Source: Raja brachyura (lineage: Eukaryota). From it: a DNA stretch of 64,000 nt. The translations under genes were made by a program, and so were the position numbers. Below are positions 1 through 12,781 of this stretch, one piece after another. Every line of letters starts with the position of its first letter. Position 1 is the first letter of the stretch. The stretch covers positions 16,802,001 to 16,866,000 of the forward strand of contig OY740786.1 of NCBI GenBank assembly GCA_963514005.1, read 5' to 3'. The notes beneath the pieces were generated by a model. It saw only the letters and a program-made list of their open reading frames with translations. It had not been told where the DNA came from and ran no database searches.

Positions 1-252
1 TTTACCAATCCCGCGTTTTGTTTTATGGTCGCCAGGCAGCGAGGACTCTGGGATCATAGCTGCCTCCTCATTACATCAATAGCAATAGCAAGGGTTCCAA
101 GGATAAAGGTAATGCTAACCTTGCTGATCATTTTGTTTTTCAATTGATTTATCTTTATAAAGTTATGATGTGAACCGTTAAATAAAAATGATAAATAACA
201 AATGTACAGCTAGGGTTAGGATGAAGGTCAGGCTCAGAGTTAGGGTCAGGGT

Positions 253-531
253 CGGTCGGTCGGGCAGTTGGTAGGCCGGTGAGTGCTGCGATGGGTCGGT
301 CAGGCAGTTGGTAGGCCGGTGAGTGCTGCGAGGGGTTGGTCAGGTTGTCGGAAGGCCAGTGAGTGCTGCGATGGGTCGTTCGGGCAGTTGGTAGGCCGGT
401 GAGTGCTGCGAGTGGTTGGTCAGGTTGTCGGAAGGCCAGTGAGTGCTGCGAGGGGTCGGTCGGGCAGTTGGTAGGCCGGTGAGTGCTGCGAAGGGTCGGT
501 CAGGCTGTCGGCCGGCCGGTGTTGCAGCGAG
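253..531. repeat. 40-bp GC-rich minisatellite, ~7 units with A/B alternation, flanked by degenerate TTAGGG/TCAGGG tracts
   Basis: Units GGGTCGGTCGGGCAGTTGGTAGGCCGGTGAGTGCTGCGA(N) (A) and GGGTTGGTCAGGTTGTCGGAAGGCCAGTGAGTGCTGCGA(N) (B) recur with 40-nt period; TAGGGTTAGG at 211-220 and 746-767. Confidence 0.9.
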
Positions 532-1469
532 CGAACGGGCGGACTGACGGAGCCGCGCTATGGGGGTGCTGAAGGCGGCCCGGGCGGCGTGCAAAGCAGT
601 GCTACTCCCCACCATCGTCACCAGGACAATCCAGAAGGGCATGCTGGCCGAGGTGGATGCGCTGCGAGGCCACACGTATGGAGCCCGCAGCCGGTCCCAA
701 AGCGGCTCTAGCTCCATCCGTGGGCAGCTCTGGAAGGGGGGCGAGTTAGGGTTAGGATAGGGTTAGGCATTTTACTCTCAGTGGAAGATGCCTTAGCCTT
801 CCCCCAGCCTGATGCTGCCCCAGCCCCACTATGGCCGTGAACCCCCACTCTGCACACTGGCAGTCAGTGGGGTTCAGTAAACGGGGGATCCCAGAAGAAC
901 TGCCCTCACCCATTAATTAGGCCAGACCTCAGCGGCTGTCTCATTCAAAAAACACACACATTTATATTAATTATATTATTTTTACATAATGATACATAAT
1001 TATATATGATTACAGTCTATATATCCATATCATTATACCATCTCTCTATATGTATATGTACAATAATATAACATATAAATGTGTGTGTTTTTTAATATGG
1101 GCATTGGACACTAGATGGCGTTCTCTTTTTTGATCTCATTTTCTAATTAGTTTAATTAATGTGCAACTTTTGGCACTGAGGAGCTTTGACTTCCTTCTCC
1201 ATTATATTTTTATCTAATCTGTGCAAGATTTCATGTAGTTCCGAGACATGGGTCACAAAAGTTGATTTCTGGACACATTTCTGAAGCTCAACCCACAGCC
1301 TATACGGCTGATCTGGTCATAACCTAAAATCTGCATTCTGGCCAATCTTCTGTAACCTTTCACCCCCTTAGCAATAATCCCTCTCCATCAGTGTTTAACG
1401 TGCATCATCCTTTGAAGAACAGTTTAAACATCTCAGGAGAAACAAAATTGTTTCATCTGTCTTAAATTT

Positions 1470-1760
1470 AATTTAGTTTAGAGTTACAGCGCAAAACAGG
1501 CCCGTTGGCCCACCAAGTCCGCACTGGCTAGCGATCCCCACACATTTACACTATTCTACACACTAGGAACAATTTACACTTAGACCAAGCCAATTTATCA
1601 ACAGACCTGTACGTCTTAGGAGTGTGGGAGGAAACTGAAGATCTCGGAGAAAACCCATGCTATCACGGGGAGAATGTACAAACTCCGTACAGACAGCACC
1701 CGTAGTCGGGCTCCCTCGCTGCAAGTGCTGTAAGGTAGCAATTCTACCGCTGCGCCACCC
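1470..1760 (-). mobile_element. tRNA-derived SINE (HE1/V-SINE-like)
   Basis: Reverse complement has tRNA-like head GGTGGCGCAGCGGTAGAATTGCT, core GGAGTTTGTACATTCTCCCCGTG...TTTCCTCCCACACTCC and a TAAAC-type tail; same family at 6385 and 52890. Confidence 0.75.
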
Positions 1761-2265
1761 ATGAAGATGGGTGAACTTTTCTGGTTCTAGACTCTTCCAA
1801 AGAAAGGTCTTATCCAAATCACCTAGTCAAGGCATCTCTCACTCATCAAAATGCCAGCAAATACAAATCTAGTCTGTCCCACTATCTGTTGTAGGTGTCC
1901 TTCTCGCAAGAGGCTGCCCTTCTCGCAAGAAAATTTGATAATCAGGGCAGCAGATATAAGGCAATTAACAAAAAAAATCCAAAATAGAAGTGAAAAAAAA
2001 CCCCTATTGAAGTAGCATAACGAAATATAATGGAAGAGTTTCTACCGCTAACTTGTAGAAGAGTAGCCTTTCTCAGTTTCCTTTATCTAAAGAACAAAAA
2101 ATGAAGGATAAACCGTTGCAAACTCTTGGAAAAAGGAGGGAACAAATGGGAGTTTGATTAAGCTGACACAGGTCTAAGGGGCAAGAGGCCTCTTTCACTT
2201 CCACTGAGTCCTTATAAATCAGCACAACTGTTGAATTAAGCTCCAATGAAATGGATATTACTGAC

Positions 2266-2345
2266 CGTAGCATAAGGTGCAATCTGTGATTCTTTTCCTT
2301 CAGTAAATCCTTTACCACGTATGTTGCAGAACCCAACAGATACAT
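2266..2345 (-). CDS. INPP4A: INPP4A coding exon 5 (80 nt; [27 protein letters not shown]); gene continues left of the window
   Basis: Matches vertebrate INPP4A C2-region peptide [27 protein letters not shown]; ttttctAG acceptor, GTcagt donor, phase 0 start fits the previous exon. Confidence 0.93.
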
Positions 2346-2589
2346 CTAGAAAATAAGAAAAATATTAATTAGGCCTTTCCGAATTAGCTTCTTCCTCTGA
2401 ATTAATTCAAATGTTTCTGTGCAAACTGACCAGAATCCTAAATTAGCATCAAAATATTCCTGCTGATGAGTACTTACACATACCACATTTTAAAGATTAA
2501 TGGTTCGGACTCCAAAAATACCAAAGGGGGTTGGGTGCAGATGAGAGTGCAAGCTGGAGCTGGGTCCACGGTCATAAGGAGTTAGACTT

Positions 2590-2745
2590 TACTTCAGACA
2601 GGAAACAGGACCTTCGGCCCACCGAGTCCGCACAAACCAGCGACACACTATCCTACACACTAGGGACAATTTTACTGAACCCCATTAAACTACAAACCTG
2701 TACGTCTTTGGAATGTGGGAGGAAACCAGAGCACCCGGAAAAAAC
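2590..2745 (-). mobile_element. HE1/V-SINE-like 3' fragment
   Basis: Similar to 1470-1760 (GGAAACAGG..TTCGGCCCACC; CACTAGGGACAATTT; TGTGGGAGGAAAC). Confidence 0.65.
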
Positions 2746-3104
2746 ACACCCAGCTTTCCACCCACCAGCCACCCATGAGGGGAGAAAAAATATATCACAA
2801 TAGTTACTAAAGGAAACTCTGAAAATGTATAAATTGAAATTTCTCAAGTTCTTAACAAAATGATTAAGTGGTATATAAAATAAGGTTAATCAAGCATAGC
2901 AGTAAAGTACCTCAGAGAGACTTACGACTCAGATCATTACAGGCTACTGGATTCCACCAGGAGTTCAACAATTTCAAATAATCAGCATTTCTGGTATTTA
3001 ATTTCAGATTTTCTGTTCTCGGTCTATATTCCTCTGACAGATCCAGATAATTATTTTGCAGTTACATCAACTGAAAGAAACATAAATGTCTCTTGAAGTA
3101 TTCT

Positions 3105-3415
3105 AGTTTAGTTTAGAGATACAGCGCGGAAACAGGCCCTTCGGCCCACCGGGTTTGCGCCGACCAGCGATGCCCGCACATTACCACTATCCTACGCACT
3201 AGGGACAATTTACACTTTAAACAAGCCAATTAACCTACAAACCTGTATGTCGTTGGAGAGAGTTAGAGATAGCTCTTAGGGATAACGGAATCAAGGGATA
3301 TGGGGAGAAAGCAGGAAAGCGGTACTGATTTTGGATGATCAGGCCTGATCATGAATGGTGGTGCTGGCTCGGAGGGACAAATCGCCCACTCGTGCACCTA
3401 TTTTCGATGTTTCTA
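3105..3415. mobile_element. SINE 3' fragment (-) joined to CR1 3' end (+)
   Basis: 3105-3255 matches the SINE tail; 3256-3415 is a CR1 3' end (GGGAGAAAGCAGGAA...GCACCTATTTTC). Confidence 0.65.
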
Positions 3416-3734
3416 AATACATTGCATTAATTCCTTTTCGGTCATTTCATTTTCCTTGCTTTCCATTCTTCAAAACTATTTCCCTATTGTTCTTTCCTCC
3501 ACTTCCCTCTTTTTGCATCATGAAACCAGTTTGCCTCTTAACTTTTCCCCAATCCCTTAATTCATCAGTATGACCACATTCATTATCTGATCAGCTGAGA
3601 ACATCCATAATTTTCAGATTTGTAACTAATAAAAGTGCAATCTTAACACTGAACTCTGGAAAAAAAGTATAAACCAAATGCATACTAAATTCAAGACACC
3701 CAAGATTCACAAATATATTTTACATTCAAAGAAT

Positions 3735-3880
3735 TCCAAAGACGTACAGGTTTGTAGGTTAATTGGCTTGGTATAAATGTAAATTGTCCCTAGTGTGTGT
3801 GTAGGATAATGTCAGTGTGTGGATATCTAGTCGGTGCAGGCATTAATGGGTTAAAGGGCCTGTTTCGCACTGTATCTCTA
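3735..3880 (+). mobile_element. HE1/V-SINE-like 3' half
   Basis: CCAAAGACGTACAGGTTTGTAGGTTAATTGGC...GGGCCTGTTTC. Confidence 0.65.
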
Positions 3881-4307
3881 AGCAATCATGACTGCGCACC
3901 GTCTTTACTGGGACACTCAGAATCACAACCGATACAGAGTAAAGATAGCTTAGATATTGGGACTTGGAAAATGAAGAGTTAAAATAAATGAGGTCACTCT
4001 GGGAATGGGGGAATCGGAATGAATCAGACAAGATGAGATTTGTTGCATTAATTATTTAGTGATCTCCGTACAAAATGATACTTCCAGTGAAATAATTAGA
4101 GCATTTGAGACAAGGTCATTTACCAGGGAAAGGACTTCACTGCTGTCGTTATTTTTCTGGTATTTGAGAGACAGGTGTATTCTGTAATGAAGCTTAGCAT
4201 GATCTCAAAGTAGGCAACATAAATTCAGTCATTGCTCAACCTTAAGGTGCAGTGAGAAAGTTGAGGCTGAATATATACCCTCAGAGTACACACTATTCAT
4301 TGCAAAT

Positions 4308-4380
4308 CATTTCACTTCTTAGATGCAAATAATGTCCTGTAAATTGTACAGGAAATTATTTGCATCTAATAAGTGAAATG
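4308..4380. repeat. 34-bp-arm inverted repeat (hairpin)
   Basis: CATTTCACTTCTTAGATGCAAATAATGTCCTGTA / TACAGGAAATTATTTGCATCTAATAAGTGAAATG, 2 mismatches, 5-nt loop. Confidence 0.9.
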
Positions 4381-4762
4381 TCCTGTAAACTCATTCATGC
4401 TAATGAAGATGCCTTTCTAAACGAGACAGAGAGCGAGAAGAAGCTATGTGCAGAGTGGGGGCAAGTCAGATGGCAACTTCTCAGTTCTCTGCATGTTCTC
4501 AGAAGTACTGCAAGTTAATGCCCTGATTACATTGCAATGTGAAACTGCAAAATAGCATTCCTGGTGACCAAAGCAAAAGCAGGAACATGCTGGGATTTAA
4601 GGACAGTAGAGACGAGGATTAATCTCAACAAGGTATGCTGTTGTCAAGTAAAAGCAAGGGAAGACACAAAAAAAGTTCATCATCATAAAGGGATTGTAAT
4701 GTGTGATGTTCTAAAAGATTCCAGACAATCTACGCATGCTACTAATTGTTAATTATAATAAT

Positions 4763-4970
4763 AATAGACAATAGATGCAGAAGTAGGCCATTCGGCCCTT
4801 CGAGCCAGCACCGCCATTCAATGTGATCATGGCTGATCATCCCCAATCAGTACCCCGTTCCTACCTTCTCCCCATATCCTCTGACTCCGCTATCTTTAAG
4901 AGCCCTATCTAGCTCTCTCTTGAAAGTATCCAGAGAACCGGCCTCCACTGCCCTCTGAGGCAGAGAATTG
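4763..4970 (-). mobile_element. CR1 LINE 3' end
   Basis: ATAGACAATAG tail, AGGCCATTCGGCCCTTCGAGCC, end of ORF2 shared with other CR1 copies in the window. Confidence 0.85.
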
Positions 4971-5638
4971 TGGAATTCATCTCCAATTAAGGGATAATGG
5001 ACTAAGCTGGTTATGCAGAGTGGTTTCCTAACTGAAATCTCTCACTGGTATGCACATGTGTGCAACATTTGATAGTATGTGTGTTTGTCTAGCTGATGTA
5101 ATTTCTCACTGTATCCTCACAAGCACTGTGGCCTAGTACTGCTGTGATTCTCCACTGTTATGCAGGGCAAATTGCCAATTGCCCATTGTGTACAACCTTG
5201 CCTCAGTGAGTGTTTGTTATGTTGCCCCATTTGACAGCTTGAACATAATTGTGCAGTCAAGGTTACTGGTTTACTCCTGAACTGCTCACATAGGGCTGTA
5301 AACATTAATAATGCACAAGACAGAGAAAATGGCACGTATTGGTGGTTGACACAAATAACTGAGACAATTAAAGAGCTTTGGATACAAGGCAGTTATAAGT
5401 GAACATTGCTGGGGAGGATATTCCAGAAATAAGGTATGAATGGTAATTGTCCATAGTGTTAGCTTACTGGAAATAAGTGACAAAGAAATCAAACTATTTT
5501 TTAATATATTTAACTACGGAAAGTACATTATGTCAAAGATAAAATTAGTCATGGAGTCATAGACATGCAGCCCACAAAGTCAACACTTACCATCAACTAC
5601 AAGGCGAATATGCAAACTCCTGACAAACAACACCCGAG

Positions 5639-5830
5639 TGTGTAGGAAGGAACAGCAGAAGCTGGTTTATACCAAAGATATAGACACAAATGCTGGAATA
5701 ACTCAGCGGGTTAGGCAGCATCCCTAGAGAAAACGAATAGGTGACATTTCAGGTCGAAATCCTTCTTCAGTCTGAGGAAGGGTTTCAACCCAAAGTGTCA
5801 CCTATTCCTTTTCTCCAGAGATGCTGCCTC
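5639..5830. mobile_element. Penelope-type terminal repeat, head-to-head pair with degenerate hammerhead cores
   Basis: Inverted arms centred on CTTCAGTCTGAGGAAG; GCAGCATC..GAATAGGTGAC / GTCACCTATTC..GATGCTGC. Confidence 0.65.
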
Positions 5831-6384
5831 ACATGCTCGGTTGAAACAGCACCCAATGTCAGGATTGAACCTGGTTCTCTGGCACTAAGTCAGCGTCTCT
5901 ACTTGCGGCACCACCCCTTCACAACAAAAATTTGGCTCCCAAAGCCACTTCTCCGTTCTCAGCCTCCCTCCGAGTCAGCTGCTGCTGCGTGCCAACGCAC
6001 TTGCCTGCAGCCTGATCCCCCATTTTAGACATTTTAAATAAATATTTTTAAACTCCAAGTAGATTTTACTCATGGATAAACTTTGAATATTGTAATGACC
6101 TTAGTACAAGTTCTATTCCATTTCCAATCCACACACTCTAGCATGACAGCAAGAATTATAGTAAAGATAATAATTAAGAGCATGACCACCAACTGATTTG
6201 GTCTCTCCTGAATCCAGAAGCACTGAGCCCAATTGCACTGCTGCAACCTCCACATACATGAGATCAAGTACAGCTAAGGAAATGAACTTATGAACTTCTT
6301 AGTCCTGTACGTTTCTATCTTTTACCATATCATTAATCACTGTGCCACGCAGGGAGTCATCAATGCTACGTTTAAGGGATGTCT

Positions 6385-6690
6385 CAGCACAGTGGCATAG
6401 ACGGTTGAACTGCTGCCTCGCAGCGCCAGAGGCTCGGGTTCGATCCTGACTTTGGGTGTCTGTGTGAAGTTTGCATATTATCCCCCAGTGCTGGGTTGCC
6501 CCCAGGTGTTCCGGTTTCCTTCCACATCCCAAAGGTATGTGGTTTTGTAAGTTAATTGGTCGCTGTAAAAATAATTGCTCTTGGTATGAAGGAGTGGAGG
6601 AGAAAATGGGATAACATAGAACTAATGTGAATGGATTATCAATGGTCGGTGTGGATTCGGTGGGCTGAATAGCCTGTTTCCATGCTAAAT
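6385..6690 (+). mobile_element. tRNA-derived SINE (HE1/V-SINE-like)
   Basis: B box GGTTCGATCC at ~6437; core CCGGTTTCCTTCCACATCCCAAAG. Confidence 0.75.
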
Positions 6691-6947
6691 CTTTGAACAT
6701 TGTAAATGATCTGTTCACAATAATCGCAGCTGAATAAATACCTTTCCACAGAAGATTCTATGCGTTACTCATTTTGTCAGTATAAAATGCAACACATCAT
6801 AATTTATTGGTCAAGATGTCAGTGAATGCATTTACCGAAGTAAAACTGATGATTGCACTATAATTCTGCTCCACTTGCACGACTTGATTTTTGAACTTTC
6901 GATATTAATAGTTCATTTCATACAAAGGCAAATATTGCAGCACTTAC

Positions 6948-7064
6948 AGTTCCCTGAGATCTATCCTTGACATCATACACTGAAAGTTTCATTTGTGTCA
7001 TTTGATTAATGAGAGAATCCTGGAAAAATGCAACACTGCTTAGAAAAATTGGATTGCTTGTACC
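6948..7064 (-). CDS. INPP4A: INPP4A coding exon 4 (117 nt; [39 protein letters not shown])
   Basis: Near-identical to known INPP4A peptide; ttgcAG acceptor, GTaagt donor; phase 0/0. Confidence 0.95.
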
Positions 7065-9663
7065 CTGCAAGAAAAAGGACAAAGCTATTAATCTGAAAGA
7101 CAAATCTTGCTGAAAACCACAAAAAATACAGCACAAGACAGTTTATTAAGAATGTGAAAGGACTGTATATAGTTTGTGAATAATTTTGTCCACCCTTAAC
7201 CCAAGTATTGTTCTTATTTATACCTCAGTTTAACATCCTCAACCGTACATGGTAATAACTGTTCACCATCTGCTGAGTAAAGACATTGTTTATAATACTT
7301 GTAATTGTTTAAATTTTATTTTGCACCCTTAAATTTATAATTCTCTTGACTGCTTACATAATTTGAAAGTACTTGTATTTTTTTGTGATTTTAAAATTAA
7401 AATAATCCAGAACCTCTTCAAAGATGCAGTCAGACATGAAATAATTTCTGATAAAGAGGGATGATATTAGCAATAGCCAAAATCTTACTAATGATGTGGG
7501 CTTCAAATAGGGCAGGTGGATAAATGGGATTTAGGAAGGTTAGTTTCACAGCTTGGAATGCAGGCAAACCAGCAATGTTGAAACAAATAATAGGAAGAAT
7601 AGAGATAGGTGCACAATGATCTCAGAGGACTGAGTTATGAGAGTATTGTGGAAGGTATTACAGAAAAGGGATCAGATATTAAAAAAGATCAGAATATAAG
7701 ATAAACATTTAAACTGGTGCACATAGCAATAGAATCCAGGAACCAAGTATCAATAAACATCTTATGGAGTACAAAAAGACAGACTAGGAAAAATATTAAC
7801 GTCTGAAAATAATAAATACAGACACGTGGACAGGGGAAAAGAGTTATGAATATAAAAGTAAGTAGCCTTTGGAATTAAAAGGATGTGTGCAACTCTGGCT
7901 TATTTGTAAGAGCCCATACTGGAATTCACTTCATATAAGGTTACATGTCACCGATTGGAAGGAAGAATAAATTGCATGGTACAAAATGTTTTTCAAAATA
8001 ACGTGGAAATAAATATATTTTTTAAATATGTTCAAATGTGGGGGGAAACATTAAAAGAAAAGCTGCAACTTCTGAAAGAAATGTAAAAAAAAATAACAAA
8101 TATATATAAGAAGAGGGGTTACAGTAATCAATTACGCCAAAACAACTAACATCTTGAGAAAAATCCTAAATGCTAGAGTAACGGCAGTTCAGGCAGCATC
8201 TGTGAATGGAATGGCGATGTTTTGGGCCATGACCCTGCTTCAGACTCGGTGTCTTCTTAAAAAACGAATTCAAAGATCATCTTTAAAATTATGGAAGGAG
8301 CTCAACAGGGTAGATCTAGACGATATTCACTTGTGACAGAGTTCAAAACTCTGTCACAACAACTATTAGTATAAGATGTCAACCCATAAATTCAATGAGG
8401 AATTCCGGTGTAAACACAGGTCCAAGATATCCTGACAAGCTGATACAGTGCATTTGTATGACTGTTCCACTGATAGACTCATCACTCATCACCATGTCTA
8501 TCAGCATGGTAGTGATTGACTGAGAAGAGGAGCAGGATGCCCTTTGATCAAAAGAATGACAAGCTTAAGATTTTATTTTCTTTCATAAAAAGATCTTATA
8601 CTTTATGTTAATAGTTTAAATAATTTGTTAGCATTTGACTTTGATTAAATTGACACTATTTTTTTAAAACTCAATCTTCATCTGTATGAACAGCTTTTAA
8701 ATATCTCTGATGAGACAATTAAAGACTGTTTCAAAACCCTTTAACAGTCGGCATGTTGTGAGTAAAAGGCTATTAGGGTTAATATAGCAGGATACATTAT
8801 TGCTTGAGATCTACTGCCTGCTTGAACCTTGCCAGATGTCCATTGATTGTTTGCAGGGATGATGGTGGGGTGCAGGAGAATGAGTCTGTGCTAGTGATTA
8901 ACTTGCTCAACACACTGCATCCGGTGTAAAAAAAAGCTACAGGTTTATACAGTTGGATTGGTCCAGGATGATCCAATTCATTCAGTCACTGAGATGCAGA
9001 AGAAAAATAGGTGAGAGTCTAGATCAGAGAAAGTAGCATATTGCAAGTTTGGTAACATGGCTAAAACACACAAAGGCAGGTCATGCACTGTGGAGAGAGA
9101 AATAGAGCTAATGCTTCAGGTTGACGGCCATTCACAGTCAAAGACAGAACTCGGGAGTTTGAACCATAAGGATGTGGGAAAGGAAGCCACTGCACTTGGC
9201 TTACACAGATGCGGCTTGGGAGGGGGATGATGTGGTCGGCTGTGTCAAGACTGCAGACATTTTGAGCTGGATGATGAAAAATAAGTTATATCTGCAACAG
9301 CTGCATTGGATCTCACTTACTGAGATTATTATAAAGATATTTGAGAACAGTAGCAGTGGATATAAATCCGATTGGACATGGATTTGGAAGGAGTTGAGAG
9401 GTAAGGGCCTTGGAAATGGCAATGATTTGTATAGGAATCAGGAGCTGATCGGTCTAAGAACGGTAAATATGACAGATATGAAGAAGTTGGATCTCTTGAA
9501 AAGAACAATCACAAAATCAGCAAACATGAGGGATGTGAAGAGAAATTTGAGCAATTTAGTGTAAATTGAGCTGAAGGAGCAGGAAATCAAGTGCAGTTAG
9601 GGCGAGGACTACAGATAAACTTTAACTTGGTGGGCAAAGGCAAGCACCTTACTGTATGGTTCA

Positions 9664-9912
<249 letters not shown>

Positions 9913-10226
9913 TTATACTAATGGAACAGCAGCCAATATGTGCTTGGTGATGGTAGTTCAGTTTTTGCTGTGATATTTTCACTGGTTGTTTCCATTCCCT
10001 TCAATAGTCCTCCTATCCTTTTCTCAAAATGCAGACTCTATGCCAGATAGACAACTTGCTTTGCCCTATGAATATCCGTTATGCACACATGGATCTTAAT
10101 ATTTAATTTGCTTTCTTTTCCCATTACGGCTTCCTGACCAGTACTTGCAGTAGAGACTTCTATCTGATTATAGCCAAAGACTCACTGACTTTTCCTTCTC
10201 TGGAAAATGTCATGCCAATACTACGT

Positions 10227-10345
10227 AGGGTCCCGCCCCGAAACCTCACCCATTCCTTCTCTCCAGAGATGCTGCCTGTCCCGCTGAGTTACTCCAGCAT
10301 TTTGTGTCTACTTTTGATTTAAACCCGAATCTGCAGTTCTTTCCT
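10227..10345 (+). mobile_element. Penelope-type terminal repeat fragment
   Basis: Begins within hammerhead stem II (AGGGTCCCGCCCCGAAAC) and continues CCAGAGATGCTGCC..GAGTTACTCCAGCA. Confidence 0.6.
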
Positions 10346-11597
10346 AACACTAATAGCAGTATTTTTCCCCCCTACTTTTGGTCATGCATATATTTTGTGC
10401 AACTAAAATCCAAACTTAAACAGCAGGTTGCACATCATTTGCGTGCACTTTCTCCGGCTCTCCTTTACACTTCAGTGCTCTGAATCAGAAACATATTAAC
10501 AGACTCAAATCTTCCTGCGGCCGGCTCAAGTCTGCCCTTGACTCCCTTAATATCGAAATAGCTTATCAATTGATCTTGAATATATTCAATGAATGAGCCT
10601 TCTTGGGCAGCATGTTCCAGCATGGACAACTCTCAGGGTGAAGAAATTTATCACTCTCTGGATTTATTTTTAATTCCTGGTGTCCACGCTCAAATCATTT
10701 TGTGAATTGTTCTATAGATCATATGATGGAATGGTTGTCACCATCTCAGAGATTAAAGGAAATGAAAATTTATTAAATATCTCAGGAAAAAATAGAAAAT
10801 CATATTTAAAAACAACAGTTGAATAAAATTTATAGTACATGTTTCTCTGCTGTTATTTTTTCCAATTAACATTGGGTGTGCTAGATTACAACAGATTAAC
10901 CAAGCACAGGTTTAAAGGACAAATTTCACAGCCTAAGTCTGGGAAATCCGCAGAGCCTGCTTCATTGTTGGACCATGCAGAGATGAACAGGTGTTCAGAC
11001 AGTGACAAACAATTAGGTGGATGTTCAGGAATTCAGCTATGGCTTGGGAATGCTGAACCTCCCATTTGTCACCAACTGCATCTTCTAAGCTTTTCCAATA
11101 TAATTTCCTTTCGCTTTGAATAAAAACTGATGAATACCACAAAATAAATTAGACTGGCAATCATTCAAAAGTCAAAACATATTATGTCAGATATACAATT
11201 CATGAAGATAAGCAAAATGTTAAAGATGTATGATTTTTAGGGTAAATTATTAAATGTCATAACTGCTAACTTTACATCACTGTCGCACCAACGTTCAGCG
11301 GCATAGAATGAAGAATCCAAACTGCTCTTTCACATCATGCTAAACTCCTAATTTTAATTGTGTTGCTCTGGGGAAAGTGGGAAAGCTTACAAGCTCTGTT
11401 TATTGCCTTCTCAAGGGACAATATCTGGCCTAGCTTAGACATCTGCAATTGTTCGCTGAAAAAAGAAAACGTAACAGCAGCTTGTGTACAGCCAGACATT
11501 CTTTTCTATTCAAAAGATGAATGCGATAAAAAGACAGATTTAATTGTTTTAAGCAAACAGAAGTTACTAAACAATGAAGTGATAGCGTAACACCCAC

Positions 11598-11642
11598 CTA
11601 AACTAAATTCCAAAATAGGTTCATCTGGATCCTGGCTGTTAG
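11598..11642 (-). CDS. INPP4A: INPP4A coding exon 2 (45 nt; (A)NSQDPDEPILEFSL), too short for the ORF track
   Basis: Reverse complement tttttctAG|CTAACAGCCAGGATCCAGATGAACCTATTTTGGAATTTAGTTTAG|GTgggt; matches INPP4A NIQDPDEPILEFSL; phase 1/1. Confidence 0.93.
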   Translation of the reverse strand, partial: LTARIQMNLFWNLV

Positions 11643-12678
11643 CTAGAAAAATAGATTTGTCAGTAGGTTAGTTATTAATTCAGAATAATCCATGCACCAA
11701 GTTCACAAGTACCATTATTATCGAGGATTATTGAATCTTAAATTGAATCACGAATACAATTTGTAATCATGATGATGCGCAGGACTCAACGGGAGCAAAT
11801 TAACATTAAGTTAATGCTTGAGTCATGCCCTTTAATGTGTGTCTATTTTCATCGAATGTGCAAGATTTACATAGCACTAACCAGACATATCTTTATTAAA
11901 GGCCGCCAGGTGTTTTACCAAAGCTTATACAGGAAAGGATAAAATCAACAGTAAAGAAAGGTAAATGTATGAATGTGAACTTAACTTGGAAAAATAAGCA
12001 ATTCAGTACTGTAATGTTATTTTCATTATTAATTTATCTTACACCATCCCAATTAAAATTATCAAACATTAGCAATGCACAAAGCAGTAACTGAAAACAG
12101 GCACAGTAAAATAAGATGAATGTGTTTTCCATTGCAGTACAGGACAAACTGATCTGAACCACTCATGTTTGATTCTTGGCTTATGGTGACAAATCTTAAT
12201 CTGAATAGCAGAATTACCTACCTGTATTGAACGACTATCCTTTCTGAAAAGTGCAAGATAAAAGACAGGAAACATGCACATTTGCACATAGACACAAGAA
12301 TTTACATTTATAAAGGAGAAAATTATGTTTTGAATTAAGGTTTTCAAGATTAAAAAATAGATAATTGGTCAAAGGCTGAAAAGCAAAAACAAAATAAATT
12401 TAGAAGTGAAAAGGAAATTAGCTAAAAAGGTAGCCACTGTGAAGAAGGCAGCTTTCTGGTCCTTAAAAGATCAGTCAAGTGCCTCAAATTCTCACAATGT
12501 ATATGAAAGCACCAAAATATATGATTGTTATATGTGCTGATACATAAAGAAAGGTAGGAATGTTGGTTACAAAAAGAACACAAGGATTAGAATAAGCAAG
12601 TGGGCAAATTTCTGGAAGTTCGGAGAAGTTGACTAGGAGTTCAAGGCAATAGGTTTATATATTTGCACAAAAACTCAC

Positions 12679-12781
12679 CTGCCAGAGATAAATTTAACAT
12701 ATCCGAAGACAGATCAAACGTTGCAGCATGTTGCATGGTCCTGGCTTTACTGTGCCGAGGACTTTGCTCGCTTGCTGACAT
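12679..12781 (-). CDS. INPP4A: INPP4A first coding exon (103 coding nt; MSASEQSPRHSKARTMQHAATFDLSSDMLNLSLA); exon probably starts at ~12853
   Basis: Homologous to INPP4A N-terminus MTAREHSPRH...DMLGLSLA; ATG 12781-12779, GTgagt donor, upstream in-frame TGA and ttcttattcataAG acceptor at 12855-12854. Confidence 0.9.

Noticed and set aside
253-531. CRISPR-like array
   Set aside because: Contiguous tandem units without unique spacers, in a eukaryotic context with no cas genes
340-760. ORFs of 125 and 66 aa
   Set aside because: Products of GC-rich tandem repeat; no recognisable domain
6385-6460. tRNA gene
   Set aside because: tRNA-like head of a SINE; no complete cloverleaf and followed by the SINE core
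9172-9564. 130-aa plus-strand ORF
   Set aside because: Antisense in an INPP4A intron, no motif recognised; probably decayed repeat or chance
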